From positions 2,682,907-2,746,906 of the forward strand of contig CAVNZM010000001.1 of the NCBI GenBank assembly GCA_963693365.1: a DNA stretch of 64,000 bases. The letters run 5' to 3'. Shown here piece after piece: positions 59,848 through 64,000 of this stretch. Origin of the DNA: Amoebidium appalachense. Taxonomy: Eukaryota > Protista > Ichthyosporea. The position numbers were made by a program, and so were the translations under genes. Position 1 is the first letter of the stretch, and each line of letters starts with the position of its first letter. The notes beneath the pieces are model-generated. The model was not told the DNA's origin. It saw only the letters and a program-made list of their open reading frames with translations, and made no database searches.

Positions 59848-61219
59848 ATGGCACCAAAACCAGACAGCAGTAGGTTTCAGAAAGTGAGTGCAGGTTCTCT
59901 GTTCGTTTCTGAGCCATCACCAGGATTATTTGGCAACCCGGTGAATGAAACAAGCAACAAGGACTGGACGAGCAAAAACTGGCTCACATCACGCTTTCAC
60001 TTCTCCTTTGCAGAGTATTCTCACAACAAAAGGACTCGTTATGGAGTCCTGCGGGTGTTGAATGATGACATCGTTCAGCCCAGGAGGGGCTTTGCACCTC
60101 ATCCACACAGAGACATGGAGATTGTTAGCTACGTTATTGAAGGAAAACTGTCGCACCAGGTACCTTGATCCACTCAGACGTAACACGTGTGCGTTTTTTA
60201 TGGCAACCTAGCCCGTTTTTCTGAGTGCCCGTTGGATGCTCAGTGAAGGTTAAGTGTGCCGAGACGGTGTGCATGAAACTCTTCTCTGTTGGGTGCGGGC
60301 CTGTATGCATGGCGTTACCTGTGTGAGCTTCTGTTTGTGTTTTGCTTGTGTGCCTTGCTTGTGCTTGTGCTCACAGAAGTGTGGGGTGTGCTTGTGTCTA
60401 CATGCAAGACCTAAGACGTGTATTCTTGCTCCTGTATAGCGTGCTGTGTATGTATGTACACGTGGGAGGGGGAGAGGCGAGATTTGAAAAGGAGCTGAAG
60501 CGTGCTACGACGTGTGAAAGCTAGCTCGAGCGCCAGAGCCCTCGAAAGAGGACCCGGTATATATGGGAGTGTGTGCATGAGCGTATGTGTTAGCCTATTT
60601 GAACTCCTATAATTGCGTGTGTAAATGATGTCCATGTGCCGGCTGGATTTTTTACGACTTCATCTGCACTATTTTTTCCAACGCGGAGTGGGCCCAAGCT
60701 CCTGAACATAACATCAGTATACCACAGGACTCCATGGGCAGCAAGGGCACGTTGGGTCGAGGATCAGTGCAGTACATGACTGCCGGGACGGGCGTTGTGC
60801 ACAGCGAGTTCAACAAAAACCCCCGCCAACCCCTAAGACTTTTACAGGTGTGGATAGAGCCAAGAAGTTTGGGACTCAAGCCATGCTATGGTAGTGTGGC
60901 AGGGGACAATAAAGCAAGGGCAAAACTTGGTGACGGATGCAGCAAATCCAGCTGAAGCTGCGCTTGCAACGATAAACCAGGATGCAAACATATATGCGGC
61001 TGAGGTGGCTGAGGGACACCACATTGCCTTTGAAATAGCCAAAGACAGAATGGTAAGTTGGGTGCTTGCAGTATGAAGGAGTGTGGGGTTCCCCTGGTAT
61101 CCACTACAGTTCTCAGCTATCTACCTTGATCATGAAAACGCTTGGAGTTACTTGCGGCATTTTCCACCCATAGGACATGTATCACTTGTAACATTTACCC
61201 CCCTCTCTCCCTCCCCCCC

Positions 61220-61251
<32 letters not shown>

Positions 61252-61687
61252 TTCCTTCCATGAGCGGTCTCGATTTCAGCTCACTTGAACACCGCAGTGA
61301 CTCTGCTCGTTTTAACCCCTCATCCGCCACTCCACCCCTCCGTTTTTAAGTTCCACTTACCTTCGGTACCAACCCCCTCCCCCCTCCACCCCGTCCCCGA
61401 GACTCCGCCACTGTATTACACACACACGCGCGCGCGCATGCACACACAAACACGCGCACACACACGATTTTTATAGCGCCATAGTTTTCTTTCTTCGTTA
61501 ACCAAAAAAATATGTATATACACAGGTCTATCTGGTGTGCATCGAGGGCGATGTTGCCGTTTCTGGTTCACACGGCCGTGAGCAGCTTGTGACCTACGAG
61601 GCGGCAAGAATAGCCGGCGGCAATGTGCTGGACATGGAAGCAACACAGAAGTCTCACTTGTTTTTGATTGAGATGAAAAAAGAGTAA
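59848..61687 (+). CDS. Pirin-like protein (YhhW/quercetinase type), 3 exons, with an apparent frameshift in exon 2
   Basis: Exons 59848-60159, ~60728-61052 and 61526-61687: [83 protein letters not shown] and YLVCIEG continue in a shifted frame after ~60920. Confidence 0.88.
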
Positions 61688-62523
61688 ACTTCATTCGTCC
61701 AGCTGAACTTGGTCTGTCCGTCGGCCGGCAGCTTGGATCTTTGTCGATAAGAGGGACTTGGTGTGAACCAATCGTAAGCCTTCATAGAAAACCTTTTTGG
61801 GACAAATAGATCGTGCCCCGAAGTTTCTTTTGAATTTTCACATTGTGGTTTTCCTTAGTTCATCCTGAATACACAAAAAAGCTGTTAAATATCGGAGTAT
61901 TATTGCAAAATAATTAAAAAGATTATGTTTTAGCTTCATTTAGTTATTATTTCTCTATAACTCATTGAAAAGCAAATATATGCGGAGGAGCAAACGGTAT
62001 CGTGAAACTTGGCGCCAGGTCAGGCGACCGATCTAGGGAGTTACATATTAGACAAAAAAGGCAAGATACGCAAAGAGCAGAGTATTTTGTGATGCTGAGA
62101 AAGTTGAACAAAGGGGGGTCATACTCGTCCATATGTGCCTTTTTCAAGGGGTTTAATAAGAAATTATCACCATCAACTGTACATTTGAATTTTATTCAGC
62201 TGAACACCTTACTCGAGAAAGTCAGGGCTGGCGCGGAGAGGCTCACTTGAAAAGTTTGTTTATCAACCTTTTTTTTTTTTGGTTGAGTCTGGGCAGTGGC
62301 TTGGGCTTTCGGGGAACCATTACTGTAGGGTCACGAGAATCTTTCATACAGAACCAGGCTTAATATAGCCGCTACAAGTAATCTTTCATGGTTAGGTAGG
62401 CCACCATTGGACCAACCAGCCGGTGTTGAACGTTGCCAGGTATAGCGTAAAGACGGCTGTTACCTTAGTCTTGGCGGAAACTCTGCTGGCTTTCGGTGCG
62501 TGAATAGTGGAGGAAGGTTCGGA

Positions 62524-62602
62524 ATGGCGGGGTTTGACATGGGTTTCGACCTGCCCAAGGCGGGTGTACAGTTAACATCAGCCGAGAATGCAGTACGTCA
62601 AG

Positions 62603-62649
<47 letters not shown>

Positions 62650-63693
62650 TTTCTCCCCCCTCCTTCCCAGCCCCTGGTGTACACCCTCTTTCCTGTTGCT
62701 GTCCTCAGCTGTACACTGAAAAATTTCAGAGTTTGATGTTCTCTGCATGTAACCCTGTTGTTATGGCGTCTCTGTTAAAAACGCCTCGCATCCCCCTGGG
62801 CAAGACACAGGCACATGGTTGTGGATGGGTTCATCCCTGCGTGTGCTTATTTGTAAGGAGGCGCCTGTGTTTGTTCATGTTAATGCACCACATAGGATAT
62901 GGAGTCTGTGCACGTACAGGCATGGAGCGTGTGTGCGCGGGGCGGGCGGGGGGGAGGGGGGTGGGGGGGGTGGGGCGGGTGAACGGGGGGGGGGAGGGGG
63001 GGGGGGAGGGGGGGGGGGGGGGGGGGCAAGAGGGGGAGGGGAGCAGGTAGGGAGGGAGGGAAGATGGGGTCAGTGATGCATGTGCTGTGTGGGCTGTGTG
63101 TGTGCGTGTGTGCGTGCGCGTGCGCACTTGCGCATGTGTGTTACGTATGTGGTGTGCGCGTATTCTGTGTTTACACACAACTTCTTGATGGTCGGGATGC
63201 TATGGTCGGGATGCTATTGTTTATGAAGGAAACAGCTTGGGATGTGTGTACACCAAGATTTTACGAGGGAGCATTTGGATTATTGTTTGCGGTGGTGCTG
63301 GTGGTGGTGGCGGCATTGGGCAGGTGGGGTGGCAATTGGCAAGTATGCAGACATGAGCAAAAGGTTCGGCCACTAAATTCACAAGCCAGAGGCTCTCTTG
63401 CTTAAGCAACTTGGCACATATACACCCAAGAACGCTTGTGTATAATAGTTTTCCTGCCGTGATCTATATACACCAGGGAACGCTTGTGCGTAATGGTTTT
63501 CCTGTCGTGATCCATATACACCCAGGAACGCCTGTGTATGAAGGTTTTCCTGTCGTGATTCTGTTTTTCTTCCTTGCAGGTGTATCAAGCGATATACAAC
63601 GAAGCCGATCCAGCAGGCACGGGGAAGGTGTCCGGGTCCACTGCTGTTCCCATCCTCAGCAGAGCAAGCCTGCCACGGCCGGTTTTGCAAAAG
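62524..63693 (+). CDS. EH-domain protein (Eps15/Ede1/Reps/intersectin-like), first two exons; continues beyond the window
   Basis: Exons 62524-62592 and 63580-63693: ...LTSAENA/VYQAIYNEADPAGTGKVSGSTAVPILSRASLPRPVLQK, an N-terminal EH motif. Confidence 0.8.
63418..63560. repeat. 48-bp minisatellite x3 next to the splice acceptor
   Basis: ATATACACCCARGAACGCYTGTGYRTRAWRGTTTTCCTGYCGTGATC-like unit repeated three times. Confidence 0.9.
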
Positions 63694-63720
63694 GTTTGGG
63701 TTTGTGGGCGCTTGCGGAAT

Positions 63721-63820
63721 ATATATGCTCCCCCCCTACTCAATGTGTGGTTTGCACTCTGCATCATGTTGTCCGTTCTTTATGTGTACTTCGTACTTTA
63801 TGGCTGATTCAACGCCCCCC
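63721..63820 (+). mobile_element. Diverged 3'-terminal relic of the poly(C)-associated element
   Basis: TTGCACTCTGCATCATGTTGTCCGTT..TGTGTACTTCGTACTTTATG..ATTCAA followed by a C-run matches 16405-16467. Confidence 0.7.
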
Positions 63821-64000
63821 CCTCCCCTCCCCCGCTCCACCCCCTCCCCCTCCCCTGGGTCCTCCTCTCATTCCTGTGCCCCCATCCACGCACACTGCCC
63901 ACCTTCTTTTTAAACACCGATTTTTAACGTTCTCCCCCCCCCCCCCCCCCTCCCCCCCCCCGCCCGGCCCCCCGTCCCAACACAGTCGTGAATGTGTATT

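Overview
Intron-rich eukaryotic genomic DNA. The gene set (animal-type calmodulin C-terminus, SIRT5, SELENOW, 7TM-RGS, CAR/Git3-type GPCRs, TPP1-like) suggests a unicellular opisthokont such as an ichthyosporean or early fungus; this is inference only. Introns are filled with poly(C)/poly(G), (CA)n and (CT)n tracts, so most of the ORF track is noise and I spliced the genes by eye using GT-AG sites and phase consistency. In order: calmodulin (5'-partial); a bacterial-type double-cupin gene (-); a TPP1/ACD/Est3-like OB-fold telomere gene; SIRT5; a tandem GPCR pair with the first copy pseudogenised; a 7TM-RGS with a split RGS box; selenoprotein W with an in-frame UGA and an atypical SECIS candidate; a YhhW-type pirin with a frameshift; and the start of an EH-domain gene. 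Mobile DNA comprises a Penelope-like (Naiad/Chlamys-type) RT fragment, two near-identical ~1.2-1.3 kb non-coding elements ending in ATTCAAA-(C)n, short relics of that end, and three MITE-like elements. The best novelty candidates are the poly(C)-associated Penelope-like family with a ~600-nt structured, pseudoknotted RNA, and a long stem-loop with a bulged telomere-template-like repeat just downstream of the TPP1-like gene. All folds and homologies are by inspection, not computed.
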